A stretch of DNA of 62,755 bases, the filler included, from Sphacelaria rigidula (taxonomy: Eukaryota), in assembly GCA_964200075.2 (NCBI GenBank). It is 9 parts of 9 records of this genome, joined end to end, with 100 filler letters (N's around TTAATTAATTAA, not from the genome) between each part and the next. Parts side by side here need not be neighbours in the genome. Positions count along the whole stretch, not along the records: positions 48,890 to 55,772 come from CAXNAA020017587.1; positions 55,873 to 62,755 come from CAXNAA020017588.1; 7 more parts are not named here. One strand, written 5' to 3'. A program made the translations under genes and the position numbers. The notes under the pieces were generated by a model that was given only the letters and a program-made list of their open reading frames with translations, was not told the origin of the DNA and did no database searches. Positions 48,890-62,160 of this stretch are shown here, in pieces (position 1 is the first letter of the stretch; the number at the start of each line of letters is the position of its first letter).

Positions 48890-50268
48890 ACGGAACGCGA
48901 TTCGACCGGTTGATCGGTGGTTGGAGCGGAATCTGGTGTGGGCGGCGACGCCGGCGACCGACTTGGGGGGAAGGGTGATTCCACAGGTTGCTCAGGGGTT
49001 GGGAATGACATCGGCGATGGACTCGACACGGAACGCGAGTCCATCGGTTGATCGGTGGTTGGAGCGGAATCTGGTGTGGGCGGCAACGCCGGCGATTGAC
49101 TCGGGGCAAGGGGTGATTCCACAGGTTGTACAGTGATTGGGAATGACATCGGCGATGGACTCGACACGGAACGCGAGTCCACCGGTTGATCAGTGGTCGG
49201 GGCGGTAGCTGGCGTGGGCGTTGAAGCCGGTGATTTACTCGGGGTGAGGGGGGATTCTACCGGTTGGTCGGGTATCTGTGGTGCCATGCCGGGCGCAGGT
49301 GTCGTGTCCGGACTTATTGGATTTGGCGCCTCTACGGGTGCCACTGTCATCGGCTGCGGAGGGCTACCCGGAGGTGCTGTTGCCGCCGGTTGCGCTGTAG
49401 TAGGTAGCTGTGTGGTGGTGGGACGGAAGGGGAGGGAAGGCATAGGGGAAGCGGGAGGTGAGCCGGGTGACACCATCACCGGTGATGACGTAATAGATAC
49501 GGTCGGTTCTGGTGTAAACGGAGTGGGTGGCGTTGCAGACGGTGCCCATGTGTTGGACGGGGCCAACATTGCAACAGGGGTTGGGGTTGCAAGTGTGCCA
49601 GTACTAGGGTTGGAAGTTGCGACCAATCTCTCTCGCGCTGCTGGAGCAGTCGCAGCTGGTGCAGCGCTTGGCGTCGGACCAGGCGACAGTGGAACTTGTG
49701 AGACGGGGAGAGAAACCACCGGTTCACCAGTGGGTAAAATCGAAGCTGGTGACGGGGTTGGGGCAGGGGGCGCAACGGCGGGTTCAGGAGTGTTTGGCAC
49801 GGATATGGTTTCTTGCGTGGGCACGTTGACCTCGTTGGGGGTTACTTCAGGTGTCGGAGAGGGAGTGGAACTTGCCCCCCGAAGCGATGTCGGAGACGGG
49901 GTTCTCTCCGCTACAGAAGCGGTTGCGGGTGCGACCGTCTCTGGAACAACAGGGTTACGCGTTGTTGACTCCTGCGTGAAGGGTGCCTTAGACGGGCCTG
50001 CTGGGAAGAGTTGTGCTGCACTGGGAAATATGGTTCCTGGGAATCCCCCTCTGAGCGAAGTTGGGGAAGGGGTGTCTAAAACAGCGGGAAATCCCGGGTT
50101 CGGCAAAGTTGAGACCGTGGGCGACGGTATGCCCGTGACGGGTGTGTCCGACGATAATAATGGGTCTGAAGGTGGATTAGAAGTAGGGAAGGCCATTTCG
50201 GGCTGTGCAGTCGCAACCGGACTTTGAGTTCGAACAGGCGACAAAACTGGCTGTGAACTCGCACCCGG
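48890..50268 (-). CDS. Pro/Thr/Ser-rich mucin/extensin-like protein, large exon with 46-aa repeats (truncated by contig end)
   Basis: GCGCAG|CCG acceptor (phase 0) and a ~460-aa open frame. 138-bp repeat unit SAPTTDQPxxSRSVSSPSPMSFP...PTPD. Confidence 0.8.
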
Positions 50269-52527
50269 CTGCGCAGGAGTACAAAGCGCAATAAGGAAGG
50301 CGGGGGAAAGGGGGGCGGAGCAGGGGGGGCAGGAGGGAGGAGCCGTCACACCGGTGACTTCGTCAATGAGCACGCGGCGGGAAATGGGGGGAGATCGGCT
50401 TGGAGGTTATGACTTGTTTGGTGTGGAACGCCAGAGGAAAGAAATGCCCCTCACCGGAACGGCGGGCAACACCGACGCGGCCGGCGGCCCTCCGGCACCC
50501 TCCGAAGAAAAGTGCTCCCTGCGTAATGCGCTATTTTGCGTCACTCTCCCTCATATCTAGTGCGTTCGACGGACTGCCAAGATCGATGGTTTTACGCGAA
50601 GTACGGCTGGACATTCACATGATGCGCATACAGTATTTCATGGCACTTTTGTCATGCACAAGTACTGGAATCGCTCTGACTACTTCGGACAACGACACTG
50701 GAGTCAACTACAAGTCCGGATATCGATTGCGTTCAGATATACTGTGAGGTGACTGATATGCCGGCATGATATACCATGTACACCGTACTGTTAAAAAATC
50801 TATGTGTCAGTTGGGCAACACCGCACGAATCAGCCTCAAGTCTCAGCATTCTGCGACTCAAGAACCTAGCTTTGGCGGCAAGCCGCCGATCACCCGAACA
50901 TCTTCCAGCACATCGCCTCAACTCCGCAATCTTATTTTCGTCTGGGGAACACCAACGGTCACTGCTACCAGGGTTACCAGTCTCATGTACGGGAAGGCGG
51001 GTTTACTTTGAAGTGCAACTTTGCCTCCGGCGATGCAAGTGCCCCGTGAGCAATAAGGTTCGTATGTGTTACTTGACGAGGTTTCAGTAATATCAATCGG
51101 GTGGACGGTGCTCATGGCGACTGTTGATCCATTATCCGCTGCAAGGATAGTGTTCGGCGTCTTGGAGGAAAGCGTTGTCAGTGCTAAAATAAAAATAGAA
51201 AATGAAATTGATCGACGCATGATCTTGTGTTCGGCCAAAAATACTCAGCGGCGATTTTGACGTTGGTGGGGTCGCGTCAGCAACATGCAAGGTCTGTGCA
51301 CTCGGGAGCAGGCGAGTGCCATCTTTATTCGTAAGCATCACGTCGAAGATGGCGCTGTCATGGGTATTTCAACCGCAAAGGGTGTTGCAATATCGAACCT
51401 GCAAAGCAGTTGGATGAGTCACGTTGTGGAGACACTGCACCAGATACCGGCGTCACACTTCGTCCACACGGTAGTTGATTTATGTTGAACAAGAGAGTCG
51501 CTCTGACCGGGCTATCGGTAAATCTGCCGTCGACGCCCGCCGCACGTAGCACGGAAGGACAAATGCATGAAGCGCGCAGACGGTGTATTGAGCTCAACAC
51601 CACCACTGCTATCCTAGTAACTACGTGCGTCGCTTGGTACATCATGTGCCCTCGCGACTGAAAGAATTAGACATTTTATTCCAACACGTGAAGTGTGGGG
51701 CGAAAGACCACGAATGCATGAATCAGAGCAGCGAAGCGAGCACTCGAGCTTGCCTCCTGTCGCCCGTCAGGCAGGTCGGACTTGGAACCTACCGGTGTAA
51801 CATTAACAGTGTAACATCATGTGTATGGCGGTGTATATCATTTTGAAAAAAATCATTACAGGGAAAATCCTCCGTTTTTCGATCACCGAGAATCATCACC
51901 GTGAATGCGGATGTTCAAATATTTAGAATTGGAACACACTAGAACCAGCAAATCCTGAGATATCATCGTGACGACCATCACTTTTGAACGACCAACCGGC
52001 TAACCCGCCATCGAGTCTCACGAGCATACATTTCCATCTTTACGCTACTTGATCTTTTCGTTCATTTGAACCAAATATCCTCAACATTACTGTGGTTTAT
52101 TTCGTGTTATATTAGCCATCATTTTGCCACGAACTGACATATATTTCTTTTCAACGAACGTTATCAATACGGTACTGAAATTTATTTCTTTTCAACGAAC
52201 GTGATCAATACCCCCTCCCCCGCCCCCGTGGACATGGGTTCAGCTCAGTGATGTCTCAACAACGCAAGGGAAATGGGTTGTACTCAAGATCCGTTTCTTT
52301 AACGGACACCTACGGATTCTAGAGTTTTCAAGCGTGACGCGTCGCCGTTGGTTGAAACATCCTCATCAAAAGGATCCAGTATCCAAACGTAGATCGCTGT
52401 ATATAGGTACACAGGGAGAACGCAATGCATCTTTGTACCTCAAACCAAGGTGTCGGTCCAAAAGCCGATTACGCCTCCACAAGGGTAAAAAACCAATTAT
52501 TCGATACAGAGCTAAATATCAACAGTC

Positions 52528-52610
52528 GCACCCCGGCGTTCTAAATTGAAATGGTAAGACTGAGGCCACGAGATGCGGTAAACGCGGGTTCGATCCCCGC
52601 CAGCTCCATC
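52528..52610 (+). repeat. tRNA-like Pol III head (SINE-like or tRNA pseudogene)
   Basis: T-arm GCGGG-TTCGATC-CCCGC followed by a T-run; no complete cloverleaf. Confidence 0.45.
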
Positions 52611-52699
52611 TAGTTTAGCTTTTTTCGCAGAAAAATCTCACGTTTGCTCTTAAAGGCAGGAAAACGCGTGGCAAAAGGAGTGCTCAAGTTTGTAGACGA

Positions 52700-52803
52700 C
52701 AGTCGACGCTGCGTGGGAGCCATGATCGAGTTTGCGTCACCAAAAATATACGGTGCGTGCCCATGGAGACACTGGTCGATCCCTTGAGATCACGGATTGT
52801 CCC
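52700..52803 (+). repeat. Dispersed repeat family F, copy 3
   Basis: GATCCCTTGAGATCACGGA matches the reverse complement of 56477-56497. Confidence 0.55.
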
Positions 52804-53850
52804 AACAGTTGGAAGTGAGAGCAAGAGAAACGTGAGCGCTACATCCATCATCAATATTTCCAACACCACGGTCGCGCGGATATATCACCGAAGACTCCAG
52901 GCAGATGAGCGTTGTTACCGTGGTTAATAAACGTACAGAGCGAGATACAAAAATGGAGGCCGTCGGCGGTGGCGGTATGCCCCCAGAGCGCCAGTGAGGA
53001 GCATACGGATGCTCGATGACAATACTCAACGGGACATACTGTCGAAGCATGTGTAACAAATAAAAAAAAATAGAGCATTACTTTTCCGAATATGGCGCGA
53101 AGCCGATGAAGCTCGCAACGCCGTGCGAACGTTTGCTTTCAACAAACAATAAGTGCGCCGCTGCCTCGCTGCCGGGTGGAAATACATGGGTTTCAAGAAC
53201 CTGTCGATCATTCCAGCCGGTAGTAAAGGGTGCGCTGCAGCTGTTGCTGCCCCTGCTGAAACTGATGTTATGACTCTAGGATCAGCGGCAGTGCTTTCAG
53301 GACTGGGAGCATCATCGCCGTTACTACCATCGACTATGATGATTAGGATCACTGTGTCGATAAAAAAGATTCCGTACATGAGCACGGAGGGTCGAACGTT
53401 CGCGCACAACTTTTTCAGGTACCGCTGAACGAGCGAGGTCACGTTTAACGAGATGCATTCGGACGAGCTTCCACAGGGTTTACTCGGGAATAAGCCCCGT
53501 ATACTGGCTGAAACTCGACTGTGAAGGTGAACGGCACCAAGGAGTATGAGTCCTTCCACATGGTAATACCGCTCGGCCAACTACATTCGCCACTAGCGAC
53601 GAATCCAGATGGAGAAGGTGGAGATGACAGTTGATGGAAGCTCGTCAAGATCGATCCGTCTTCCGCCTCCCGTCTCCTGCTTCTCGGACTTCCGCTACAT
53701 GTCCTGAATACGGCTGTAAGTGGCCGTTTGGAGACCATGAAACATTCCCTTACGACATGAAACTCTCACATCTTCGAAGTTCCGAGTAGCCGATCATGGC
53801 ACGTGAGCTCGATCTAAATAGCCGATGTAAACTGTCCAAAATGCACGTAC

Positions 53851-53985
53851 CTCGGCAGCTATGGGCGAGGATGTCGACGACGGGGTCGTTGAGCGGTCGA
53901 TAGGCTCCGTCGCTCCCGGCGCCGGCGACGGTGCCACAACAGTCTCAGGATTACGTGAGGGCTCTGTTGTGGGCGTTAACGGTGC
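53851..53985 (-). CDS. Mucin-like protein, 135-bp phase-0 exon
   Basis: TTGCAG|GCA...GAG|GTACGT; reads APLTPTTEPSRNPETVVAPSPAPGATEPIDRSTTPSSTSSPIAAE. Confidence 0.75.
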
Positions 53986-55325
53986 CTGCAACCCCGCGCA
54001 CGCGATGAGCAGCATGTGATAGAATGTGATCCACCCGTCATCGTAACAAATCTACAGTGTCCGTGGACCAGTGAGGGTGCCTGAGCGTTGACCGAAAGCG
54101 TGCTGAGCTTGTGACATGTTCCACGAAGACTGAATTAGGAATATCTTGATTGCGAACGCTTCGACTGCTGACTCTTCGGGGCCTGGACGTTGACGACTAG
54201 AATACATCTTGTTCGGAGGTTTCTTGCGGATGTTTTCATCGCGAGTATTATAACAAGAGAGAAACTGCACTCACCTCGCAAATGCGTGCGTCAGGGGAGA
54301 TCCAGTCTCTCTTTTCCAAACTGAGGCACGTTACTCGTCATGTTTCGGGTCTAATTGAGTCGCCTTCAATGTGCCGCTGTCAACGTGAATCGACGTTCAC
54401 ATCGTCAGAGAATATATCTTCAAAAATGGGATACACAGTAAATTCCTCTAGAGAAAGAGCAGATGTCAAAATAAACACATGCACATATCCACATTTCATT
54501 CTGTTTTCATGATCAGAACAAAGCCTTAGACAAAACAGAGTACAGATGCCGTTATCTCGTACGTCAGAATATTGATGGCATGGTTCATACGGGCGGGCGA
54601 GGGGTGTCACGGTCATGAAACAATTTTGGGATATGTTGTCCTCGACAGAAGGTGTCGGTAAAAGGCCCACCGCTGCTCGGACACCCTCCTGTCCTTTTAC
54701 AAATCAGGGAGCGGCCTCAAAGAAAAACGGAACGAGGCACGAAAGAACGAATACTGTCACGGTACCAACACAGTTCAGAGGAACTTACGGTCGAAACACT
54801 GGGTATCCTCTGCGATCGCCCGAGAGAACCCTTGAACGGAATGTGTGTTCGGGAGATGATATTCAGCCTGGGTACCCTACATTACATGATACTTTCGCCT
54901 GCCAACCTCAGTGGTGGCCAAGAGTACTCTGTGTTTTGGCAATTTATATCCCACGCAACCTGATATGTTTGTTGCTGCGATAGCCCTTCAACAGATCGTA
55001 CCCTCCCCGTCGAAACCGAATGCTGAGACCTCGTCAAGTTTTTTCGTGTGTTCCTAGCCCATGTCACGCGTCAAAAGCGCAGCGCGCACAGCAAGGTCCG
55101 TGCCTTACAGAGCAGTTGTGAGATGAAGGGAGAGCAGACGCCACAGGCAACCATCATGTTCTTCTGTGTCCTTCTGTATTTTTGCTGCACATTGTGTGAC
55201 CCCGTGTTCTTCTGTGTTCTTACTGTATAACGTGTGACTCCGTGCCCGCTCTGGGAAAATTCAAGGAAAGCACAACCGACACGGCCTGCAACACGTGCAA
55301 CGCGAAGCGAAGAACGACGACGTAC

Positions 55326-55772
55326 CTCCGAACTTGCAATTGGTGGCGAATCAGGCTGTTCTGTGCCATCAGTACGTTCCAAGGTCGGTGCCATGAAAGG
55401 CGCGGGAGCGGGAGTGCCGGTAGGGACCCCGACATTCGGATCTACTGCAGTAGGCCGTTCTGTGGGGGTGGGCGGTTCTGTGATACTCGGCGGGTTTGCA
55501 TCCACGGGCGACTTGGTACCAACTGGTGCCGGGACAGGATCCAATGTTGATGCGTCTCCCGCGACAGGTGACGCCGCGGGTGCTGGCTGGGGTGTGGGGG
55601 CGCTTGGTACCTCGAATGGCTGTTCTGCGGCGGTGGGCGGTTCTGTGATACTCGGCGGGTTTGCATCCACGGGCGACTTGGTACCAACTGGCGCCGGAAC
55701 GGGGCCCAACGTCGATGCGTCTCTCGCGACAGGTGACGCCGCGGGTGCGGGCTGGAATGTGGGGGCGCCGGG
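55326..55772 (-). CDS. Mucin-like protein, exon with 55-aa repeats (5'-truncated by contig end)
   Basis: 165-bp repeat PVPAPVGTKSPVDANPPSITEPPT...; donor GAG|GTACGT in phase 0. Confidence 0.78.
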
Positions 55773-55872
55773 NNNNNNNNNNNNNNNNNNNNNNNNNNNN
55801 NNNNNNNNNNNNNNNNTTAATTAATTAANNNNNNNNNNNNNNNNNNNNNNNNNNNNNNNNNNNNNNNNNNNN
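55773..55872. other. Artificial contig spacer
   Basis: N44-TTAATTAATTAA-N44. Confidence 0.98.
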
Positions 55873-56145
55873 CAAGCGTACAGCAGTAGCCTGGTAGACT
55901 GATACAACAGTAGTCATACGAGCCTGTAGTGCTGCGCGATGGCATCGAGAACGTCAACAGCTCCATCATGGAAGAGAAGCTCCCAGCCGACGGTCATTTA
56001 CCACCGTAAGAGGGAGAAGTTCTACCTCAAACTGTACTATACACCCCCAAGATGCAAGACCGTCACCAAAATGTCGAAACACTTCGCAACGCCTGAGAAA
56101 TGAGGCATGATGCACAAAAAAATGCCAGATTATGCGCAAGAACAA

Positions 56146-56219
56146 AATGGTCGTGTCGGGATTTGAACTCGTGACCTCTGTGATAAAAGGCGGCTCTACC
56201 AGTTTGACCACCGGGTGCC
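56146..56219 (-). repeat. tRNA-like SINE head
   Basis: Reverse complement reads GGCACCCGGTGGTCAAACTGGTAGAGC...GAGTTCAAATCCC (A and B boxes). Confidence 0.55.
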
Positions 56220-56447
56220 AGACGAAAAAGTGCATGATGCTGTGGGTAATTCGAAGAATTAGGCGCTGAAATTTTGACACAACATGTTTATCATCACTGC
56301 GCACAGCATTTCTCGGGGTGCATCCGTATTCTTTTTTATTTTTCACGGCGTTATAGCATTTTTCTCGTTTTTACAGATTCTTCCAAAAACTTCAAATAAA
56401 TCGCTTGGGCTTCTTGTTTTTTTTTGCGATTATTTTTTTCCTCACAC

Positions 56448-56575
56448 TTTCAACCCCTCCCCTTCCTCGGGATGAGTCCGTGGTCTCAAGGGATCAACCC
56501 ATCTCTCCCCCGGTACGTGCCTTTCATTTTGGTCACGCGGATTGGGTCAGCACTCCCGCACCGTGTTTGCTCCGC
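56448..56575 (-). repeat. Dispersed repeat family F, copy 4
   Basis: Homology to 28077, 10697 and 52700. Confidence 0.6.
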
Positions 56576-56576
56576 C

Positions 56577-56662
56577 GCGCCCCGGTGGTGTAATGCGGTC
56601 CGACTGTCGCCAATAATAGGATGGAGAGAACGGGGGTTCGATTCCCGATGCGTTGGATTTTT
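56577..56662 (+). repeat. tRNA-like SINE head
   Basis: CCCGGTGGTGTAATGCGG ... GGGGTTCGATTCCC ... GGATTTTTT. Confidence 0.55.
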
Positions 56663-57049
56663 TCTTCGTAATGTATGATTTCCACCGTGGAAAGCGTGAG
56701 AACGTGAGTAAACGAAGTAGTCGACTGGGATTGTGTGGCGTGAGTTGACGCACCTCGAGAAATGTTGTGCGTAGTGATGATAAAAATGTTGTGTCAAAAT
56801 TTCAGTGCCTAACCTCTTCAAATTACCCACAACATCGCCAAAATACATTTTAAAAGCACTCTCAGCTGGCCCAGCCTGTACCTTTTGCCTCCAATCGCTT
56901 CGCTCCGTATGTCATTCGCCATCGTATCGCGAATTTTGGCTGGTTTGCAGGCCAAAGTTGGGTTCGACCCGAATTCTACTTCCAACTTCACATTTAATGA
57001 TAGATGGTATATTGTACAGCTTAGTTTTCTCCGATCTACTTTGTCATAG

Positions 57050-57194
57050 AGCAAAAAGAGTTGCCCCGTTGCCACGTCGGTGCGCGTTGCCCAATACTCG
57101 TACGGGTTCCCGACTCCTGGAACCGACCTGGTTCCAAAGTTCAAGTACTGGAACCATACTCACCGCAGCATCCTCACAGAATCACCTCATCACG
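57050..57194 (+). CDS. Exon of unknown multi-exon gene
   Basis: CATAG|AGC...CACG|GTATGT. Phase 0 to 1; reads SKKSCPVATSVRVAQYSYGFPTPGTDLVPKFKYWNHTHRSILTESPHH. Confidence 0.6.
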
Positions 57195-57353
57195 GTATGT
57201 GTACTCTGTACTTTGCCGTCCATTACGATACAAGTGTTTTGCACAGCAGCGTTTGCGCGAACGAGCGAAGAGGGGAGGCTGAATTGTTTTTATCTGCAAT
57301 ACCTATCCATTGTTTCGGCGATTGATTTGTCGCTGTGTATTGCAACACCACAG

Positions 57354-57460
57354 GCATGGATGGGGTCAGGCAATTTTTCGAGGAGATATTTGCGCAGCCG
57401 AGCAGAAATAGCCGCAGGCTCAACCTCGAGAAGGAGATAGAGGAGTTGAAATTTGAAGAG
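57354..57460 (+). CDS. Exon of unknown multi-exon gene
   Basis: CACAG|GC...GAG|GTGAGT. Phase 1 to 0; reads GMDGVRQFFEEIFAQPSRNSRRLNLEKEIEELKFEE. Confidence 0.65.
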
Positions 57461-58141
57461 GTGAGTGCGGCGTACACTACTGTACGACTGTATTGACTGC
57501 CCTGCTATAGTTTTCGTCAGTTGCTACAACAGTAAGTCTAATCTTCATTTCTCGCAATGCTCAAGCTGCGGTACCGTATTTTCCTGATGCTCTACTTCTT
57601 CACTGTCCACGTTCTCCTGCACACAAAAGTGTGTTTGCCCGAAGTATTGCGTGAAACACAGAGCACGGTGGGTACACGAGTAGAGGGAATGTTGCGGTGC
57701 ATTGCGAAACACACTACGGATCGTGTTGGAGTATGCGAGATTTCGGCGAGGTTATCTACAGTAAACTAAGATAGCTGCTGTACCTTGGCTGTAACGCACT
57801 AACTTGAAACGAACGCAAGCCAACAAATCTCCGTAACACCTTCTACTTCCGCTAATAACGACACAATCCGAAGTTGCCAGTATCGTGGCGTCTAATTTGC
57901 CCGCAGGGTGCGGTGCACTCAATTCGGAGAGTTGTTCACGACAGCAGAGTCAGGTCAAGTACCAACGAGCCAAGGCTGAAGGATAGCAACATTCCCATTT
58001 ATTACACCAGCTCACGGCGGGCTATCCCCTGTGTTCTGCTATAGATGGTGTAAGTACCGTGCAGTACAGTACAGTATATAGTTCATGCCCTCACAGCCTG
58101 TTGTTGGTCCCGAACCGCCTCCCCCGCAGCCCCGAAAACGG

Positions 58142-58619
58142 CTGTGTTCTGTAAGGTACCGGTACATTCTGTAGGGTATGAGATTCCTCACAGAACTTGT
58201 CTTATACGGTATGGGAGGCTTACAGAAAACCGGTGCCGGCAATCGGGTATTTCTTCAAGGGGATACCCGCCCTTCGGGTCATGGGAAAGTTTCTGTACAT
58301 ACCTCGCAGAACTGTCGGGTAAGGGTATGCGAGGCTTCCAGAACTCACAGAAACTGTCGGGGAGGGTATGGAGGTTGCACAGAAAACCGTACCCGCAACC
58401 GAGTATCTTATCAAGAGCATACCCGTGTCCCCCGGTAACGACACGGGAGGCTCACAGACTTCACCGAGCTATCGGGTACGGGTATGAAGGTCCTACAGAG
58501 ATTACAGAAGTGTCGGGGATCGGTATGGAAATCGTACAGAGTTTACAGAACTATCGGGTACGATGAATACCCGGCAAAATACCCCGGGTATACAGAAAAC
58601 CGTACCCTACAAAACACGT
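58142..58619. mobile_element. hAT-like non-autonomous element family E with internal ~36-bp repeats, copy 1
   Basis: GTGTTCTGTAAGGTAC / GTACCCTACAAAACAC termini; repeats of ACAGAACTGTCGGGTAxGGGTATG. No TSD recognised. Confidence 0.75.
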
Positions 58620-59294
58620 TCTTGGTATTATCATCACCCCTGTGGTGTGACCTTCGTCACTACAACAGTGGCGAAATACAGATGACAGTTCACGAAAACT
58701 CCGAACAGCTTCACGGGGTTGACAGAGAAAGACTACACGAACAATCGCAGTAGTACATGTGCACGGGATCTTCAACTTCTATTGGTTTCACGTACACTAC
58801 CAGAGAGTACATGAAGGAGCATTCACGGCTACCCGTTCTCTAGAAGCCCTTCAGCACGCGACAAAATCGCCGCCGGCCTTGACTTTCGGTGGCAGCTCAT
58901 ACTCTGTGCCGTACATGTCGATAAGGGTCTGGGGTTTGGTGACCACGACACAACCACCATTAACGTGGATGCCGTGCGTCTTGCCACTTGCTCCTCTAGT
59001 GGCGCAGATGAACGACCCCCGCTCGACCCACCACTCGAGCCTGGGGTTGATCCATGCTGACGGTCTGCAGGGCTGCTCATGTTTTGCGTTTCCACCCAGC
59101 GGTACCTCGTATCCCGTCAGATTCCAAACCAAAGAACTTTTCAACATTGAATCATTGTTGGTGTGCAATTTTGATTGAAGGAGTTGGGTGGGTTGATCGA
59201 TGGGAGGTACATGTTCAGGTCATGAGGTTGTGTTTGGATTCAACCTATATCCGTACCTCCCTAAGGTATATACCTGTGCTCATACCTGCAATCG

Positions 59295-59789
59295 GGTACA
59301 TCTGTAACGGTATACCCTAACCCCGGGTAGGGGTATGGAAGGCTTACAGAGCTCACAGAACTGTCGAGTACCGGTACTGGATGAAAGTCGTACAGAAATA
59401 CAGAACTTGTCGGGTACGGTATGAGGGACTTCCAGAGAACCGGCACCGGCAATCGGATATTTCTTCAAGAGCATACCCGCGCTCCAGGTACGGGTAAATA
59501 TTTTGTACAGAACTCACAGATATGTCGGGTAAGGGTATGAGAGACTTGCAGAACTCACAGAAACTGTCGGGTAGGGTATGGAGGTTGCACAGAGAACCGT
59601 ATCCGCAATCAGGTATCTTCTCGAGAGCGTACCCGTGCCGGTAACGGTACGAGAGTCTTGCAGAGATTACAGAACTATTGGGTAAGGGTATGAAAGTCTT
59701 GCAGAGATTACAGAACTGTCGGGTACGGCAAACACCCGGCAAAATACCCCGGGTATACAGAAAACCGTACCCTACAGAGTACAACCCTG
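59295..59789. mobile_element. Family E, copy 2 (left end degenerate)
   Basis: Colinear with copy 1, including ACCCGGCAAAATACCCCGGGTATACAGAAAACCGTACCCTACA; ends ...ACCCTG. Confidence 0.75.
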
Positions 59790-60190
59790 AAAACGACTGC
59801 TTTGCTGTCGCACGTCTGTGCTGCGATTGGCGTATGTACAACTGGAGTTGTAGTGACCTGCACTGACCGTATACTGTACCAACGTAGAACTGTATTTTCG
59901 GGCAACGCTTCTTCGGGGCTGTCGTGGGGCTTCTTTCTGGTATCTGTAGTACAGACAACAATGCTACGTCCTTCTGCACGGATCAGTGTTGCGTCAAGAG
60001 AAAAAACATGATTTCTTCAGAACATAACTTGAACGCTTTTCCCACTTGTGCGCACTGCTGCAACGCGCAGCACCAGAGATGATGTGGAACTGTTGACTGT
60101 GGTTCTTTTTATCTGTAACCAAAGTTACAGCACCTTCCAGCGTCTACAGCGCGCGTAGGGCCGTGCGTCATGAACTGCGCACCTCTGCAG

Positions 60191-60301
60191 ACAATTATGC
60201 CGATCGGTACACTACCGATGGTCATGATCCAGAAAGGGCTGCAGGATAGGCCGGTATCAGTTTACTGCAATATCGGCCGCCCAGCCGCTCAAGATGTCGA
60301 A
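60191..60301 (+). CDS. Putative exon (phase 0-0), unknown gene
   Basis: CTGCAG|ACA...GAA|GTTAGT; reads TIMPIGTLPMVMIQKGLQDRPVSVYCNIGRPAAQDVE. Confidence 0.45.
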
Positions 60302-62160
60302 GTTAGTGGACGTACGCGTGCATATATGCATTCACATCTAGTGCACGAAGTCTGGACTGCGGGATAGCCGCTTTGAGGGCGCATCGACGGCTTTCCCCGA
60401 AATTGCTTGTGGCCGTGCTGGTAATTTGTGGGGGGGCCAATCGTGCGGGCGCTTGGTGTACATGTTACCTGTGTTGTGTCCGACTCGTGCGCAAAGTTTC
60501 ATGGGGGAACGTGTAGTCGCAGGCGAGGAATCCACAACGAAAGTTGCTCTGAAATTGGCCGTTTACCGTAGGAAAGTATCAAAATAAACACGAGATTTGG
60601 TTACGCCCTGGTTACGCAGTATTACGGTACTGTCAAATGCAGTACGGACAGTACAGACAGTACATTGCATCAGCAATTATGCTGCACTTTATAGTGGTCG
60701 AGACAGAGTTTTCAAATTCAAAAGCCACCAGCTGCGCCGCCAGGCATGCGTGCCAACGATCATGCCGATCTCATTTGTGCTGAAATCAATTGAGATGCTT
60801 CTGTTTCAGACGTATTACACACTCCATATACAACACCCTAGGCGTGGTGACGGACGGGAACGCGAACCGTGGCCGCCAACTATCGGCGTACCATGGGGCC
60901 CGCAAGGCACCCGTACCGAGCAACACCATGCACACCACTGAACGCGGGACATAATCACGTTTTCAGCCTGCAACTTACACCGACGATCCAGCCTCAAACA
61001 TAGCTTGTCAGATATGCCGCCTGTTGAGCCGTAGGTCCTTCCCAAGGAGCTTCCGGCTCGTGTGGATCCTCTAAGCTGATATTTTATACGATGACTCTTG
61101 TACGCGAAAATCCGAATCTATTTTACTATTTTTTTTCTCTTGGCGCAACACTGGGATGCTGTCGTTACACGGACTTGCGCTGTTGGTGTCCGATGCACGA
61201 CCGATCGCTTTCCGCCGTCTTCAGCACCCAAGAGCGTGTTCACGAAATACAGACGCCGATGCAGTAGTATTTTCGACTTTTTGTTCCTTGACGATAGTAC
61301 TCTCCGTATCCGGCAGCAGGTGTGACATGTACAGAAACTCAACGAGGTCTGTCAAACGACGCACGTCCCGCCGTCACCATGCTTGGAGATGGACATGCTA
61401 TTGTAGCACTGTGTCCTGCTGTGGCACCGCAGCCTCGCAGAAATCTATGCTGCGGACATCTCCATCTCGGGGGCCTCAACATATCCTCCTGGTATGGCCC
61501 ATTATTATCAACGCTACTGTTGCAGGCCTCCGATTTTTGGGGACTGGCAAGGTACCTGATGACTCTCGAAAGTTTGCGAGCGCCGCGGTGTACGCACGGG
61601 GTAGCTGTCGGAAGTGCTGCGTGGCAGTCCTAATGTTTCGGACTTCTCCAAATATGAAGCTTGCCGCTTCGTCTTGAGAGAAGTCTGAACCTAGTCCAAA
61701 AAGTCGGAAATTTTCTCGTGTCTCCGGAAGAATAGTGTCGATAATAATGGGCCTAATAAATAGATCCGCGCTTCATCTCCTGCGACAACACAAAAAGTAT
61801 TCCGAAATATCGAGCTGCACAGTTTTTTCCCGAGGCTGAAGCGTGAGAAATGGGGGCAACGGACGTGACGGGAAAAAGGGGAGGGTGCCTTTGGACAAGC
61901 AGGTCATTTCCAAATGTCTTCGAATATAGTGGTGTGTACGTGGGGGTTATTGGGCGAATCTTGGGGGGGTTGAGCTTGGCACGTCATGGTGGAAAAACAT
62001 CTCGGAATGACTAGAGTGTCCGGACCGTTGACCGAATGCCCGATTTTTCCTGCAACATTTTCAAAGATGCTTGGGATAGGGTAGAGTCCGAGTACGGGTA
62101 AGGTGAGGTGAAGTGTCGATCACCCAGTTACTCTGAGATTTCCAGTATTTTCCACACTAC

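Noticed and set aside
49193-50227. 344-aa Gly/Val-rich plus-strand ORF (likewise 55234-55824)
   Set aside because: Antisense shadow of the Pro/Thr-rich exon; the splice signals support the minus strand.
52581-52610. tmRNA (ssrA) 3' end, GCGGGTTCGATCCCCGCCAGCTCCA
   Set aside because: No complementary 5' GGGGCTG acceptor strand, tag ORF or CCA end was found. It is better explained as a tRNA-derived head.
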